NCBI GenBank assembly: GCA_963850645.1
Contig: CAWKME010000012.1
Coordinates: forward strand, 19,946 to 83,945
Reading direction: 5' to 3'
Length of the DNA: 64,000 nucleotides
Source: an uncultured Actinomycetota bacterium
GTDB taxonomy: Bacteria; Actinomycetota; Actinomycetes; Mycobacteriales; Mycobacteriaceae
This document shows, piece after piece, positions 15,004 to 31,215 of the stretch. The position numbers and the translations under genes were made by a program. The notes under the pieces were generated by a model, which was not told the DNA's origin, searched no databases, and saw nothing but the letters and a program-made list of their open reading frames with translations. How positions within the stretch are numbered: the first letter of the stretch is position 1; each line of letters opens with the position of its first letter.

Positions 15004-16200
15004 CTAGTGCATCCAGTGCCGTACCCATGCAGTGAAGTGGTTCCAATACTCGACGGCCCAGTGCAGCACCAGTGCGTCGGTGCGCGAAACCCACAATGCA
15101 ACGATGACCGAGATCAGCATCGTCAAAATCAACAGTGCGATCGCGCCGCCGGAAATTCGGTTGTGATACAAGGTCGCAACCGCCTTGGCGTCCACCACCT
15201 TCTCGCCCACCCGCAGCCTGGTGAGGAAGGTCGAGGGGTTGCTTTGCTGACGCGACCGGTCGAAGAACGTCTCGATGTTGGCGCTATGGCCGGCGGTGAC
15301 CAGCAACGCGGCGCCATGGTGGTCGGCCAGTAACAGAGCCAGGTCCATGGGCGAACCCGCGGCGGGAAACGTCATCGCGCCGACACCGAGATCCTGGATG
15401 CGCTCCAGGCCCGGCGCGTGGCCGTCGGCGTCGGCGGGCAACACCACCTGAGCGCCGCACTTGAGGACTTCGGTGCTCAGCTCGTTGGGATCGCCGACGA
15501 TCAGTTGCGGGCGATATCCGGCCTTGCGCAACACTTCGGCGCCGGTGCCGACGCCGATCAGAACAGGCTGGTACTCCTTGATGAACGGTTTGAGGCGCTT
15601 GAGGTCGTCGGCGCCGTCCTCCTCGTCGCCGACCACCACGACATGGCGGCGGCGTAGATCGACGTCGACGTCGGGGATGCCGATGCCGTCGATCAACAGC
15701 GGGCTTTCGCTGCGGATGAATTCGATGGTGTTGCCCGCGAACGCTTCCAGGTGGGCGACCAGTCCAGTCTTGGCCTCTTGCATCAGGTCGGCGATTTCCT
15801 GGTCGGTGCGCTCGGTGCCGCGGATCAGCCGGCGGTCGCCGGAGTACACCCCGCCGTTGAAGAGCCGGATTTTTGCGCCGTCCTTGATCTTCTTGAAGAC
15901 CTCGGGTCCGGTCTCGTCGATCAGCGTGACGCCGTTGGCCACCAGCACCTCTGGCCCCAGGTTGGGGTAACGGCCGGACACCGACGGGGATGCGTTGACC
16001 ACGGCGGCGATCTCGGCGTCGACGAGCGCATCGGCGGTGATCCGGTCCAGGTCCAGCACGTCGAGGACCACGATGTCGCCAGGGCAGACCCGTCTCAGCA
16101 GTCGGTCGATATCCCGGTCGACCCGGGCGGTGCCGACGACACCCGGCCGTTGGTTGCCGCTACGAGACAGAATCGCAGTCATCTTCGTGGTCACACTCAT
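15004..16200 (-). CDS. steA: Cytokinetic ring protein SteA (Rv1697-like)
   Basis: Motifs DLDRITADAL, SGRYPNLGP, STFLTRLRVG; C-terminal TM segment. Confidence 0.88.
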   Translation of the reverse strand: MSVTTKMTAILSRSGNQRPGVVGTARVDRDIDRLLRRVCPGDIVVLDVLDLDRITADALVDAEIAAVVNASPSVSGRYPNLGPEVLVANGVTLIDETGPEVFKKIKDGAKIRLFNGGVYSGDRRLIRGTERTDQEIADLMQEAKTGLVAHLEAFAGNTIEFIRSESPLLIDGIGIPDVDVDLRRRHVVVVGDEEDGADDLKRLKPFIKEYQPVLIGVGTGAEVLRKAGYRPQLIVGDPNELSTEVLKCGAQVVLPADADGHAPGLERIQDLGVGAMTFPAAGSPMDLALLLADHHGAALLVTAGHSANIETFFDRSRQQSNPSTFLTRLRVGEKVVDAKAVATLYHNRISGGAIALLILTMLISVIVALWVSRTDALVLHWAVEYWNHFTAWVRHWMH

Positions 16201-16303
16201 GGAGGCGATTCTGTCGGTGAGGGGAAGGCTGACCGGGGAGGCGCGCCGTAACAACAGCCTCAGAAGTTATATCTTGTCACACCTGTCACATACTGGGAGA
16301 TCA

Positions 16304-18080
16304 CTATGCGGTCGCAATCCGGTCACAGTCAGCGGCCTCGAGCAGTTCTCGCGCATGGGCCCGCGCGGTGTCGGACTCACCGAGCCCGGCCAGCATCCTG
16401 GCCAACTCGGCAACCCGGTCGTCGCCCTCCAACCGGCGCACGCCGCTGGCACCGTTTTTCCCTGTGCTGTCGACCATCAGGTGTACGTCGGCATAGGCCG
16501 CGACCTGAGGCAGATGCGTGACCACGATGACCTGGCGGTTGTGCGCCAACCGTGCCAGCCGCCGCCCGATCTGCACCGCCGCCCGGCCGCCCACGCCGGC
16601 GTCGACCTCGTCGAACACCATCGTGGTGCCCGTCATTGACGCGGCCAGTACCACTTCCAGGGCCAGCATCACGCGCGACAGCTCGCCGCCGGACGCGCTC
16701 TTCGACAGCGGCAGCACGGTGGTGCCGCGATGCGCTGCAAAGCCGAACTCGACCTGGTCGACGCCGTCTCCGCCGGCGTGGACCCGCTCGCCCGACGCCA
16801 GGGTCAGCGCGGCGGGGTCGTCGTCGCCAGACCGCATGTTCGTCACGGAGATGGTGAACTCGGCATCCGCCATGGCCAGGCCGGATAACTCGTCGGTGAC
16901 CTCCTTGGCCAGTCGCTTGGCCGCCTGACTACGTGCCTTGCTGAGTTCGGTTGCAGCAGAGGCTAATTCGGTCGCGAGTTCGTCGACGCGACCTTGCAGG
17001 CCGGCCAGCGCCTCTTCGGAGACATCCAAATGGGCCAGCCGGTCCCGCGATTCGCTTGCCCACTGCAACACGCCGTCGATGTCGGCGGCGTACTTGCGGG
17101 TGAGCGTGCGCAGTTCGGCTTGCCGGGCTAGCTTGGCATCCAAAGTGCTGGCGTCGGAGGGTAATTCGCCCAGATAGGCGCCGAGTTCACGCGCCACATC
17201 GCCGACTACCGTCAACGCCTCGCCGAGCTGATCGGCCAGCCCCCGCAGCGAGGCGTCGTCGGTCGACTCCAGCGCCGCCTTCGCTCGCGCCAGGCCGTCG
17301 GACGCTGACGCCGGTTGGCCCATCAGCTCGGCGGCGGTCTCCTCCCCCGCCCCGGACAACGCCGCACGAGCGCCGGCCGCGGCCTCGCGCAGCGCGTCGA
17401 GTTCCGAGAGCCGCCGAATGTCGTCGATCAGCGCGTCGTCCTCACCGGGTGCGGGGTCGACAGCGTCGATCTCGTGCAGGGCGAACTTCAGCCGGTCGGC
17501 CTCCTGGGCCAATTCGCGGGCCCGGTTGGTGCGGTCGACGAGGTCACGCCGCGCCGACCGCCACGCGTCGCGCAGTTTGCGGTAGCGGTCCAGTCGGGGG
17601 CCGACGGCGGCGAACCGGTCCAGCGCGCCGCGTTGCTCGTCGGGCCGCATCAGCCGCAGCTGGTCGTTTTGCCCGTGCAGGGTGAGCAACTCGTTGGTGA
17701 AGCCGCTCAGCGATTTGGCCGGCACGCTGCGCCCGCCGAGGTAGGCCCGCGACGGGCCGTCGCGGCTGACCGAGCGCGACGCGATGATGCTGCCGTCCTC
17801 GTCGCGCTCGAGCTCCCGATGCGTCCAGCATCTCGTCGATCTGCGCAGTGGCGTTCTGGTCGAGATCGGCAGTGCTGAAGCGTCCTTCGACGACGGCACG
17901 GTCGGCGCCCGAGCGCACCCGGTTGGCGTCGGCCCGCGCCCCGCCCAGCAGGTGCAGTCCCGTGACCACCATCGTCTTGCCGGTGCCGGTTTCCCCGGTC
18001 AGGACCGTCAGACCCCGGTCGAACTCGGCCGTGGCGACGCTGATGGCGCCCAGCGCCTCGATCCGAATCTCACTGAGCAC
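16304..18080 (-). CDS. recN: DNA repair protein RecN (frameshift near 17815)
   Basis: Motifs LTGETGTGKT, SASGGELSR, VFDEVDAGVGG. Confidence 0.95.
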
Positions 18081-18092
18081 CAGGCAGCGCCG

Positions 18093-19017
18093 TCACCGTC
18101 CACGCCAGCCGGTGACCGGCAAGCGGAACTTTCGCACCAGACGGTCGGTGAACGGCGCGCTATCCAACCGCGCCCATTTCACCGATACCTCGCACCGCCG
18201 CACCTCCAACCGCCCGCCGGCCGGTACCAGCATCTCTCGGCGGCCGTCGCAGAACACCACCGCGTCGTGCTCTTCGGCCTCGATCTCGATGGCGATCGCG
18301 GCGTCCGGGCTGGTCACCATCGGCCTGGCGAACAGGGCGTGGGCGTTGTTGGGCACCACCAAGAGCGCCTCGAGATCCGGCCACAGCACCGGGCCGCCCG
18401 CGGAGAATGCGTATGCCGTGGAACCGGTCGGTGTTGACACCAATACCCCGTCGCAGCCGAAGGTCGACACCGGCCGGCCATCGACTTCCAGGACTACCCC
18501 GAGCACACCCAGCCGCGGCCCCTTTTCCAGGCTGGCGTCGTTCAGCGCCCATCCGCGGCTGATGACTTCGCCTTTCACTCGCACCGCGATGTCAAGCGTC
18601 AACCGGTCTTCGATTCGGTAGCTGCGGGCCACGACGTGCTCGAGCACCGAGTCGATCGCGTCGGCCTCAGCCTCGGCCAAAAAGCCGATCCGGCCCAGGT
18701 TGACACCCAGTACCGGAATGTCGGCATTGCGAGCGAGTTCCGCGGCCCGCAAGAACGGTGCCGTCGCCGCCGAGTCCCAGTACCAGCTCGCATCCGTCGG
18801 CAGCGTTCGGGTCGGCGTCGGCCAGCTCGATGTCGACGCCCAGTGCGCGCATGTCGTCGGGGGTCAGGTGCAACGAACCGCGGTCGACCGCCTCGGCCGT
18901 CAACACTCGAAGCCCAATACCGTTGTCGTCCAGCACTTTTTCCACCCGCCGGGCGGTCTCGGTGGCCTCCTCGCGTCCGGTGTGAACCACCAGCAGAACG
19001 GTTCGCTCACGCGTCAT
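18093..19017 (-). CDS. ppnK: NAD kinase (frameshift near 18755)
   Basis: Motifs [30 protein letters not shown]. Confidence 0.95.
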
Positions 19018-19078
19018 CGCGACTCGCTTCTGATTGTCCGGCTCCTCCGCCGCGGGCCCCAGCGGCCCGCGTCGTCAC
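19014..19078 (-). repeat. MIRU-like repeat between tlyA and ppnK
   Basis: Reads GACGACGCGGGCC...GGCCCGCGGCGGAGGAGCCGGACAATC; shares its core with the copy at 62246-62294. Confidence 0.7.
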
Positions 19079-19883
19079 CGGACCGGCTTCCACGGCCGCG
19101 CGGACCGCGCATTCCAGCTCATCCGCAGAAAGGCCCCGATCGGTCGTCGGCGCGCAGCCACAGGAAGTATTCGACGTTGCCCGACGGGCCGGGTAGCGGG
19201 CTGGCGGTGACCCCGACGGTGTGCCATCCCAGTTCTTCGGCGCGACGCGCGACGGTGAGCACCGAACCCGCGCGCAGCTCGGGATCGTGCACCACACCGC
19301 CGGCGCCCACCTGACCTTTGCCCACCTCGAACTGCGGCTTCACCATGGGAACGATATCTGCGTTCTGCGATGCGCATCCAGTCAGCGCGGGCAACACCGT
19401 GGTCAGCGAGATGAACGACAGGTCAGCGACCACGACGTCTACCGGGCCGCCGATCGTCTCCGGTGTCAGCTCTCGCGCGTTGGTCCGTTCGATGACGACC
19501 ACCCGAGAATCCGACCGCAGCGACCAGGCCAGCTGGCCGTAGCCCACGTCGACGGCGACCACTTCGCGTGCGCCGCGATCCAGCAGGACTTCGGTGAATC
19601 CCCCCGTCGACGCGCCGGCATCCAGGCAGCGCCGACCCTCCACGCCGATACCGAATGTGTCCAGCGCGCCGATGAGCTTGTGGGCGCCACGGGACACCCA
19701 GCCGCGCTCGGCGTCCTCGGCGACACGCAGCGCCGCGGTGGCCGCGACGGCGGTGCCCGGTTTGACCGCCGGCATGCCGTCGATGCTGACCTTGCCGGCG
19801 CCGATCAACTCCGCGGCCTGCTGGCGAGATCGGGCCAGGCCGCGCCGGACCAGCTCGGCGTCAACGCGGGTACGCCGCGGCAC
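19075..19883 (-). CDS. tlyA: TlyA rRNA 2'-O-methyltransferase (frameshift near 3' end)
   Basis: Motifs RVDAELVRRGLARSR, VSRGAHKL, DAGASTGGFT, VKPQFE, GNVEYF. Confidence 0.95.
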
Positions 19884-19890
19884 GGCGGAC

Positions 19891-20067
19891 TCAGCCCTTC
19901 TCCGCCGACTCCAGCGCCTGCACCAGCATGTCGTGCGCTTCAGACAGGCGGCGGGCGATCTCTTCGAGGTCGGCCTCCACGGGCATGTTCTCGACCTCGG
20001 CCGGATCGGGCAGCTCGGCGAGCACGGCATCGATCCGGGCACGGATTTCATCAGGATCGGTAGACAT
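19891..20067 (-). CDS. Small conserved hypothetical protein (Rv1693-like)
   Basis: MSTDPDEIRARID...RRLSEAHDMLVQALESAEKG; syntenic position. Confidence 0.8.
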   Translation of the reverse strand: MSTDPDEIRARIDAVLAELPDPAEVENMPVEADLEEIARRLSEAHDMLVQALESAEKG

Positions 20068-20089
20068 AGCGTTCCCTACGCTATCGGAT

Positions 20090-21109
20090 TTAGACCAGGG
20101 ACCACCGCTGCAGGGCGTCGTGCGCGGCGTCGTCGCCGGCCTCGATGGTGACTGATTCTGCGTCGCCGTTGACCGCCCAGACGGCGTTGGCGACGGCACG
20201 AACGATCGAGAGCTCGTCGCCCGTCTCGTCGTCGCGTCCGCTGCTGACCAGCACCGACATGTCCGCGGTCTCGATGCGCCATGCAGGTTGCGGAGCCACC
20301 GCGAGCGCGTCGGCGTGCTGGTGCAACGAGCGTAGGTCGTAGCCGATGTAGGTGGCGCGTTGTTCACTGACGGCGTGCACCGCGTCCCGCGCGGAGTTGA
20401 CGCCGGTGAGCACCATCAGGCTGGGCAGTCCCGCGGCGTTGGCGCCGGCGATATCGGTGTTCAGCCGGTCCCCGACCACCAGCGGCGCGCGAAAGTCGCC
20501 GCGCGCCAATGCATCTGTCATCAATGTGGGTGACGGCTTGCCCGCGACCTGGGGCTCGGCATCGGTCGCTGTCTTCAGGGCGGCCACCATGGAGCCGTTG
20601 CCGGGCAGCAGACCGCGTTCGGTGGGCAGGGTGGCGTCGACGTTGGCCGCCACCCATAGCGCTCCGGCCCGGATGGCCAACGCCGCCTCGGCGAGGTTGA
20701 TCCAGCCGGTTTCGGTGGAGTGGCCCTGGACCACGGCGTGCGGTTTGTCTTGCGCCAGGCGTACCGGCCGCAGTCCGACGGCCGCGATTTCGTCGGCCAG
20801 CGAATCGGTGCCGACGATCAGCACCGGCGAGTCGGGCGCCAGCTGACCGGCCAGCACGTGGGCGGCGCTCTGTGCGCTGGTCACCACATCGTCGGCTGTC
20901 GCCATGAGGCCGATATCGCGCAGGTGCTGCGCGACCTCGTCTGCACTGCGCGAAGCGTTGTTGGTGACGAAGAGCTTGCGGCCAGGTGCCTTTTCCAACG
21001 ACTCTGCCGCGCCCTCGGTCAGCGCATGGCCGCGAAACACCGTCCCGTCGAGATCCAGAAGCAGGCAATCGTATTGCTGCGCAAGCGTTCCCACGTCAGC
21101 CGAGCTCAC
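20090..21109 (-). CDS. HAD-IIA family phosphatase (Rv1692-like)
   Basis: Motifs DLDGTV, VTNNASR, GKP, VGDRLNTDI. Confidence 0.92.
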   Translation of the reverse strand: MSSADVGTLAQQYDCLLLDLDGTVFRGHALTEGAAESLEKAPGRKLFVTNNASRSADEVAQHLRDIGLMATADDVVTSAQSAAHVLAGQLAPDSPVLIVGTDSLADEIAAVGLRPVRLAQDKPHAVVQGHSTETGWINLAEAALAIRAGALWVAANVDATLPTERGLLPGNGSMVAALKTATDAEPQVAGKPSPTLMTDALARGDFRAPLVVGDRLNTDIAGANAAGLPSLMVLTGVNSARDAVHAVSEQRATYIGYDLRSLHQHADALAVAPQPAWRIETADMSVLVSSGRDDETGDELSIVRAVANAVWAVNGDAESVTIEAGDDAAHDALQRWSLV

Positions 21110-21888
21110 TTACCCGGTCTTCGGCATCGGTGACACCCTCGACGTCGGCGGCTGCGGCGCGCAGGAACCATTGCAGCGCCTCGTCGCTTCGCTCCAGCGC
21201 CAACAGCGTCTCCGCGTAGGCGTAGAACAACCGGGCCGCGGTCGTCCCGGTGCGCGCCGGGTCCAGCGCGGGCGTGGACAAGACGGTCAGGGCTTGTTCG
21301 AACTGACCGAGGTCCGACCGGGCGCCGGCGGCGACGATGCGCAACTCGTCGGCCTCGTCGCCGCTGAGCTGGGCCGCCTCCGGCCCGCGCGCCAGCTCCA
21401 GCGCCCGTTCGGGCCGGCCGAGGCCGCGTTCGCAGTCGACTGATCAGCGGAAGCAGCGGGGACTTGCTGCCCATCCGGCGGGCGGCGCGAAGTTCGGCAA
21501 GCGCCTGCGACCAGTCGCCACAGTGGTAGGCCGCGATCCCGACGGCCTCCCGGACCGCCGCGATACGGCCGGAGCGGGCCCGGGCGGCCCGCGCGTGGTT
21601 CAGCGCGGCTTCGGGGTCGTCGTCGATCAGATCGCCCGCCGCGACCAGGTGGCGGGCGATGGCGTCGGCTGTGGCCCGATCCAAAGTGCTGAGCTCGCGC
21701 CGGATCTCGGGTGCCAGTTGCTTTGCTTCGACATCGGCCGGAATCTCCGGGGCGGCGCTGTCATCGTTGGTGGACGGATGCTGGGGCTGCGCTCTGCGCG
21801 CGCGTCCCGGCCCGGAAATCGGTGCTTGCGACCGCGGTGCTCGCCTCGGCCGCTGTTCGCCCGTGCCGCCGCGCCTTTCCTCGACCAC
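21096..21888 (-). CDS. TPR-like protein (Rv1691-like; frameshift near 21440)
   Basis: Motifs AVREAVGIAAY, ALAELRAARRM, RLFYAYAETLL. Confidence 0.85.
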
Positions 21889-21969
21889 TCCTGACCACTC
21901 GTACCCTTCATCCCGAATCACCCTGACTTACTCGTCTCAGAGGATACGGGCTGGGTACTGCCCGGCCGG

Positions 21970-22035
21970 TTACAGCACCGCGTCGGCCAACCGGTCGACT
22001 TGCTCAAGCGACGCGACGGCGGGGCGAAAGAGCAG
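21970..22035 (-). pseudogene. Short remnant resembling the C-terminus of an LLM-class oxidoreductase
   Basis: Reads LLFRPAVASLEQVDRLADAVL* with no upstream gene body. Confidence 0.35.
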
Positions 22036-22094
22036 CCGAGCATAACCGGAATGAGGCCAGCCGAATTGCGGGTCCTATTCGTGTTTTAATACGC

Positions 22095-22125
22095 AAAAAA
22101 GGGCACCTTGTGGGTGCCCTTTTTT
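22095..22125. terminator. Intrinsic terminator of the rrn operon (symmetric)
   Basis: AAAAAA-GGGCACC-TTGTG-GGTGCCC-TTTTTT just past the 5S gene. Confidence 0.9.
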
Positions 22126-22134
22126 GGGTGTGTG

Positions 22135-22249
22135 TTCGGCGGTGTCCTACTTTTCCACCCGGGTTGGGTAGTATCATCGGCGCTGGCAGGCTTAGCTTCC
22201 GGGTTCGGGATGGGTCCGGGCGTTTCCCTGTCGCTATTTCCGCCGTAAC
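22135..22249 (-). rRNA. rrf: 5S rRNA
   Basis: Reverse complement GTTACGGCGG...CCCATCCCGAACCCGGAAGCTAAGCCTGCCAGCGCCGATGATACT...AGTAGGACACCGCCGAAC. Ends approximate. Confidence 0.95.
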
Positions 22250-22335
22250 TCTATTTAATTTGTTGGGTTATTCACGTGTGTTTTGGTGGTGGGGTGCGGT
22301 GTGTTGCGTGGATGTGTGTGGTTGCGGGGTTGTGT

Positions 22336-25452
<3,117 letters not shown>

Positions 25453-25780
25453 ACACAAAAACCAAAGTGTTAAAGAAACAAAAATTGCACAAACAAACAC
25501 ACCACCCACAACAGGGCAGCGCATTCATTCAGATGCTCGCAACCACTATCCACGAATCAAACACCACACCCCACCACCAAGACGGGGCGACAACACCACC
25601 CACCAGCCACCAACGCGGCCAAGGCCCAGGTATTGCCTCAGGACCCAACAGTGTGCCCGGCGATCTTGCTTGCCTCAACCGACGACGATTGTTGTTGCGC
25701 ACCCAACCGGCACCCACTACAGGCAACGGCCCCTCACGGCTCACACCCCACCTTAGTGCGGGATGCTTTTTCGTGGTGCT

Positions 25781-27312
<1,532 letters not shown>

Positions 27313-27440
27313 ACAAAAACCCCCACACAAAGTGCGGCAGAATTCAAATCAGAGAAACCTGACAAAACAAAACAACAAAGCCACACCCCAACACGGGGGG
27401 CCAGAGCATGGCCAAAAACAACAACAACAAAAACAAAACC

Positions 27441-27471
27441 ACCAAACACACTATTGAGTTCTCAAACAACA
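27441..27471 (-). promoter_or_regulatory. rrn leader boxA / conserved mycobacterial leader motif
   Basis: TGTTGTTTGAGAACTCAATAGTGTGTTTGGT. Confidence 0.8.
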
Positions 27472-27609
27472 CCCCTCCGGCCGCGCAACAACCCCGCGGC
27501 TAAAAGCCGCGTAGCTCGTTGTGCGGACGACGAGAGACCCACCGAAGTGGAAGTTCCCTCTGGGACATCGTCGCGCTCTACGGACTGGCCGTGTCGCGAC
27601 GACTCGATC

Positions 27610-27638
27610 AAGTTACGCGAGCGCAAACGCGGAGTCAA
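27610..27638 (-). promoter_or_regulatory. SigA promoter of the tyrS-linked rrn operon
   Basis: TTGACT-N17-TAACTT. Confidence 0.85.
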
Positions 27639-27674
27639 ACAACCTGCTAGACGGCGTGTTTGGCTGCCGCAAGA

Positions 27675-28974
27675 TCAAGGAACGCGCTCGACCCCGGCAA
27701 TATTCCGCTTGCCCCGCCGCAAGACCAGCCAGCGTCCATGCAGGAAATCGGTCGGCTGAGGTACCCACTCCTCGTCGTCGACCTTCGCGTTGTTCACGGA
27801 CACCCCGCCCTCGGCGATCGTGCGTCGCGCGGCGCCTTTGCTCTGCGATAGCCCGCTGGCGACCAGCAGGTCGACGATCCCGTCCGGCGAACCGGGCTTC
27901 AGCTCCGCTACCGAGGTCTCGCGCAGCGCGGCCGTGAGCGTCGACTCGTCCAACCGGGTCGAGTTCGCCGCGGCCGAACAATGCCTGGCTTGCATGCTCA
28001 ACAGACTCGGTGGCGTGCTCGCCGTGCACGAGCGTGGTGAGTTCACGCGCCAGCCGTCGTTGCGCGGCACGCTCGTGCGGCCGTGAAGCTGTGGCCTCGT
28101 CGAGTTCGGTCAACTCGTCGGCCGACAAGAAGGTGAACCAGCGCAGGTACCGGATGACGTCAGCGTCGGCGGTGTTGACGAAATACTGGTACCAGGCGTA
28201 CGGCGTCGTCATCTCCGGGTCCAACCACACGTTGCCGCCGCCGGTGGACTTGCCGAACTTCGTACCGTCAGCCGCGGTGACCAGTGGAACCGTCAGGGCG
28301 TGCACCGAGGCTGACAACTTCTGGCGCACCAGGCGCACGCCGGCGATGATGTTGCCCCATTGATCGGATCCACCGATTTGCAGCACGCAGTGATGGCGTT
28401 GATGAAGCTCGACGTAATCGTTGGCCTGCAACAGCATGTAGCTGAACTCCGTGTAGGAGATGCCCTCGCCCTCCAGGCGGCGCCGGACGGTGTCTCGGTC
28501 CAGCATGACGTTGACCGAGAAGTGTTTGCCGACGTCGCGGAGCAACTCGATAGCTGACATCGCGCCGGTCCACTCGAGGTTGTTTTCGACGATGGCACCC
28601 GTCGGTGAGCTGTCGAAATCGACGAAGCGTTCCAGCTGGCCGCGGATTCGCTCAGTCCAGCCCTGGACGGTTTCGGCGGCATTGAGCACCCGCTCACCGG
28701 TATCGCGAGGATCACCGATCAGGCCGGTCGCGCCGCCGGCGAGGACGATAGGGCGGTGTCCGGCGCGCTGAAAGCGGCGCAGCGCCAGCAGCGGCACCAG
28801 ATGCCCGGCGTGCAGGCTGGGTGCGGTGGGATCAAACCCCGCGTACAGCGTGATCGGGCCCTGGGCGGCCTCTGCGGCCAGCGCGTCGAGGTCGGTGGAC
28901 TGGGCAATCAGTTCACGCCAGTGCAGCTCGTCGAGGATGCCGGCAGATCCGGGAGATTCAGCGCCCACAGCCAT
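27675..28974 (-). CDS. tyrS: Tyrosyl-tRNA synthetase (frameshift near 27955)
   Basis: Motifs [26 protein letters not shown]; S4-like C-terminus. Confidence 0.96.
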
Positions 28975-29029
28975 AGATCCTCTCGCACTGACACGGCATC
29001 GCGGCGGGCGCCCGGACGGCGCGCCGCTT

Positions 29030-29640
29030 TTAGTCGCTGGTGCCCGGCGCCGGCGCGCGTGGGCTGCGCCGGTAGGCCGAGACCTCCGCCCGGCCCTGCA
29101 GCCATAGCCGCCACGGCCGATCGGCGGCATAGCTGATGCCGACCCGAGGCCCGGATGCGGCGTCAACGAGGTCATTGAGCCTCACCCGGACCGGACTCTC
29201 GGGGCAAACAAGTCGACGCCGTTGTCGGCCATGGTGATTCCCAACGCCGAGCAAAGATTCCCCGGTCCGCGCGCCAGCGCGACGGTGTGGATGGACGCAC
29301 CGCGCCGGGACTCGGCGACGTCGACCCCGGTCTCGATCGCAGCGGCCCTCAGCAGTACCGCTGCGGCGACTCCGTCGGCGCCGCACACCACGTTCGCGCA
29401 TACGTGAATGCCGTGGCTGCGGTAGGCGTAGAGCCGGCCCGGGGGTCCGAACATGATCGCGCTGCGACCGGTAGGCCCGCGATACGAATGCGCCGCGGCA
29501 TCCGGCCATGGCCCGTCGGGCACCCCGCCATAGGCCTCCACCTCGACGATCGTCGCGGTGACGCCGCGACCGGTGAGGGTGGCGCCGAGTAGTCGACACG
29601 CCGCCCCGACCGGGTCGACCGCGAGTTGATCAGCGCCCAC
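29030..29640 (-). CDS. mpg: DNA-3-methyladenine glycosylase (frameshift near 29190)
   Basis: Motifs [31 protein letters not shown]. Confidence 0.92.
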
Positions 29641-29662
29641 CCAGAGATTGTGCCCTGGGCTA

Positions 29663-29722
29663 TTGACAGCGACGCGAAGGGAGCGGATATTCATCACATG
29701 ATGAGTTCATCAAGTGATGAAT
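29663..29722 (+). promoter_or_regulatory. Promoter with tandem palindromic operators of the ABC/TetR operon
   Basis: TTGACA at 29663. Palindromes ATTCATCACATGATGAGT and GTTCATCAAGTGATGAAT overlap the start codon. Confidence 0.7.
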
Positions 29723-30462
29723 TACTCCGGGATGGCGCAGAGCCCGCTATCAGCATTGACCAGCTAAATGTGCTCCGCGGCAAAGTGGCTGCGGTGCAAG
29801 ATATCTCGGTCCAGATCGCCCGCGGCACGATTACCGGCCTGCTTGGCCCGTCCGGATCCGGTAAGACCACCCTGATGCGCTGCATCGTCGGGACCCAGAT
29901 CGTCGCCGGAGGCTCTGTGATGGTGCTCGGCCATCCGGCCGGGTCAGCCGTGCTACGACGGCGAGTCGGCTACATGCCCCAAGACGCGACCATCTACAAC
30001 GACTTGAAGGTCATCGACAACATCCGCTACTTCGCCTCGCTGTATGGCATGGACAAGCGTGCTGCCGAGGAGGCCGTCGAGGCGGTGGATTTGCAGGACC
30101 AGCGCAGCGCCTACTGCGCCAATTTGTCGGGCGGGCAGCGCGCCCGGGTCTCATTGGCCTGCGCGGTGGTAGGCCACCCCGACCTGTTGGTCCTCGACGA
30201 GCCCACCATCGGGCTCGATCCCGTGCTGCGTTTCGACTTATGGGAGAAGTTCACCGCGCTGGCAGCAGCCGGCACCACGCTGCTGGTGTCCAGCCACGTG
30301 ATGGACGAGGCCGACCGCTGCGCCGATCTGCTGCTGATGCGCGATGGGCGACTTCTGGCCCATACCACGCCGGATCACCTACGGAAGGAAACAGGATGCA
30401 CGTCACTGGAGGAAGCGTTCCTGTCCATCATCCGGCGCACCACCGTGCCCGCAGCCGGTTGA
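29698..30462 (+). CDS. ABC efflux transporter ATP-binding protein (Rv1687c-like)
   Basis: Motifs [21 protein letters not shown]. Confidence 0.92.
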   Translation: MMSSSSDELLRDGAEPAISIDQLNVLRGKVAAVQDISVQIARGTITGLLGPSGSGKTTLMRCIVGTQIVAGGSVMVLGHPAGSAVLRRRVGYMPQDATIYNDLKVIDNIRYFASLYGMDKRAAEEAVEAVDLQDQRSAYCANLSGGQRARVSLACAVVGHPDLLVLDEPTIGLDPVLRFDLWEKFTALAAAGTTLLVSSHVMDEADRCADLLLMRDGRLLAHTTPDHLRKETGCTSLEEAFLSIIRRTTVPAAG

Positions 30463-31214
30463 CGCTACAGGGATTTGCGGCCACGACGGTCCGAATCCTG
30501 CGCCAGCTCGCCGCCGATCGCCGCAGCGTTGCGTTGATCTTGCTGGTGCCGGCCGTGGTCATCACGTTGGTGTACTTCATGTTCGAAAAGGTGCCGCACC
30601 GTCCGGGCACGCCGGCGCCGTTCAACAACGCCTGTCTGATTCTGGTGGGCCTTTTCCCGTTCTTTCTGATGTTCGTGCTCACGTCGATAACGATGCAGCG
30701 CGAACGCGCCTCAGGAACCCTGGAGCGAATCCTGGCCACACCGCTGCGCCGGTTCGACCTGTTGGGCGCCTACGGGACCGCTTTCTCAATAGCGGCAGCG
30801 GCTCAGGCCAGCCTGATGTGTGTCGTGTCGTTTTGGCTCCTCGGCTTCACGACTGCAGGCAGCCCGGCGTGGGTATTCCTGGTGGCGATCGTCAACGCCA
30901 TCCTGGGTGTCGCGCTCGGTCTGCTGTTCAGCGCGTTCGCCCGCACCGAGTTTCAGGCCTTGCAGTTCATCCCGCTGGTGATCGTGCCGCAACTGCTGCT
31001 GGCCGGCATCCTCGTGCCGCGCGCATTGATGCCGCACTGGCTGCAGTGGATCAGCAACGCCCTCCCGGCCAGCTATGCCCTAGAGGCCCTGCAACAGGTG
31101 AGTGCGCATGCCGAACCGACCGGGGTGATGATGCGTGACACTGTCGCCGTGCTGGGCTTCGCGCTCGCGGCGCTATGCCTGGCCGCCGCGACTCTTCGGC
31201 GACGGACGTCTTAG
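30459..31214 (+). CDS. ABC-2 permease (Rv1686c-like)
   Basis: Six hydrophobic segments and RERASGTLERIL. Confidence 0.9.
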   Translation: MTLQGFAATTVRILRQLAADRRSVALILLVPAVVITLVYFMFEKVPHRPGTPAPFNNACLILVGLFPFFLMFVLTSITMQRERASGTLERILATPLRRFDLLGAYGTAFSIAAAAQASLMCVVSFWLLGFTTAGSPAWVFLVAIVNAILGVALGLLFSAFARTEFQALQFIPLVIVPQLLLAGILVPRALMPHWLQWISNALPASYALEALQQVSAHAEPTGVMMRDTVAVLGFALAALCLAAATLRRRTS

Positions 31215-31215
31215 C

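Noticed and set aside
27313-27480. A/C-rich low-complexity runs resembling a repeat array or CRISPR
   Set aside because: Normal G/U-rich rrn leader and processing stems; no repeat-spacer periodicity and no cas genes in the window.
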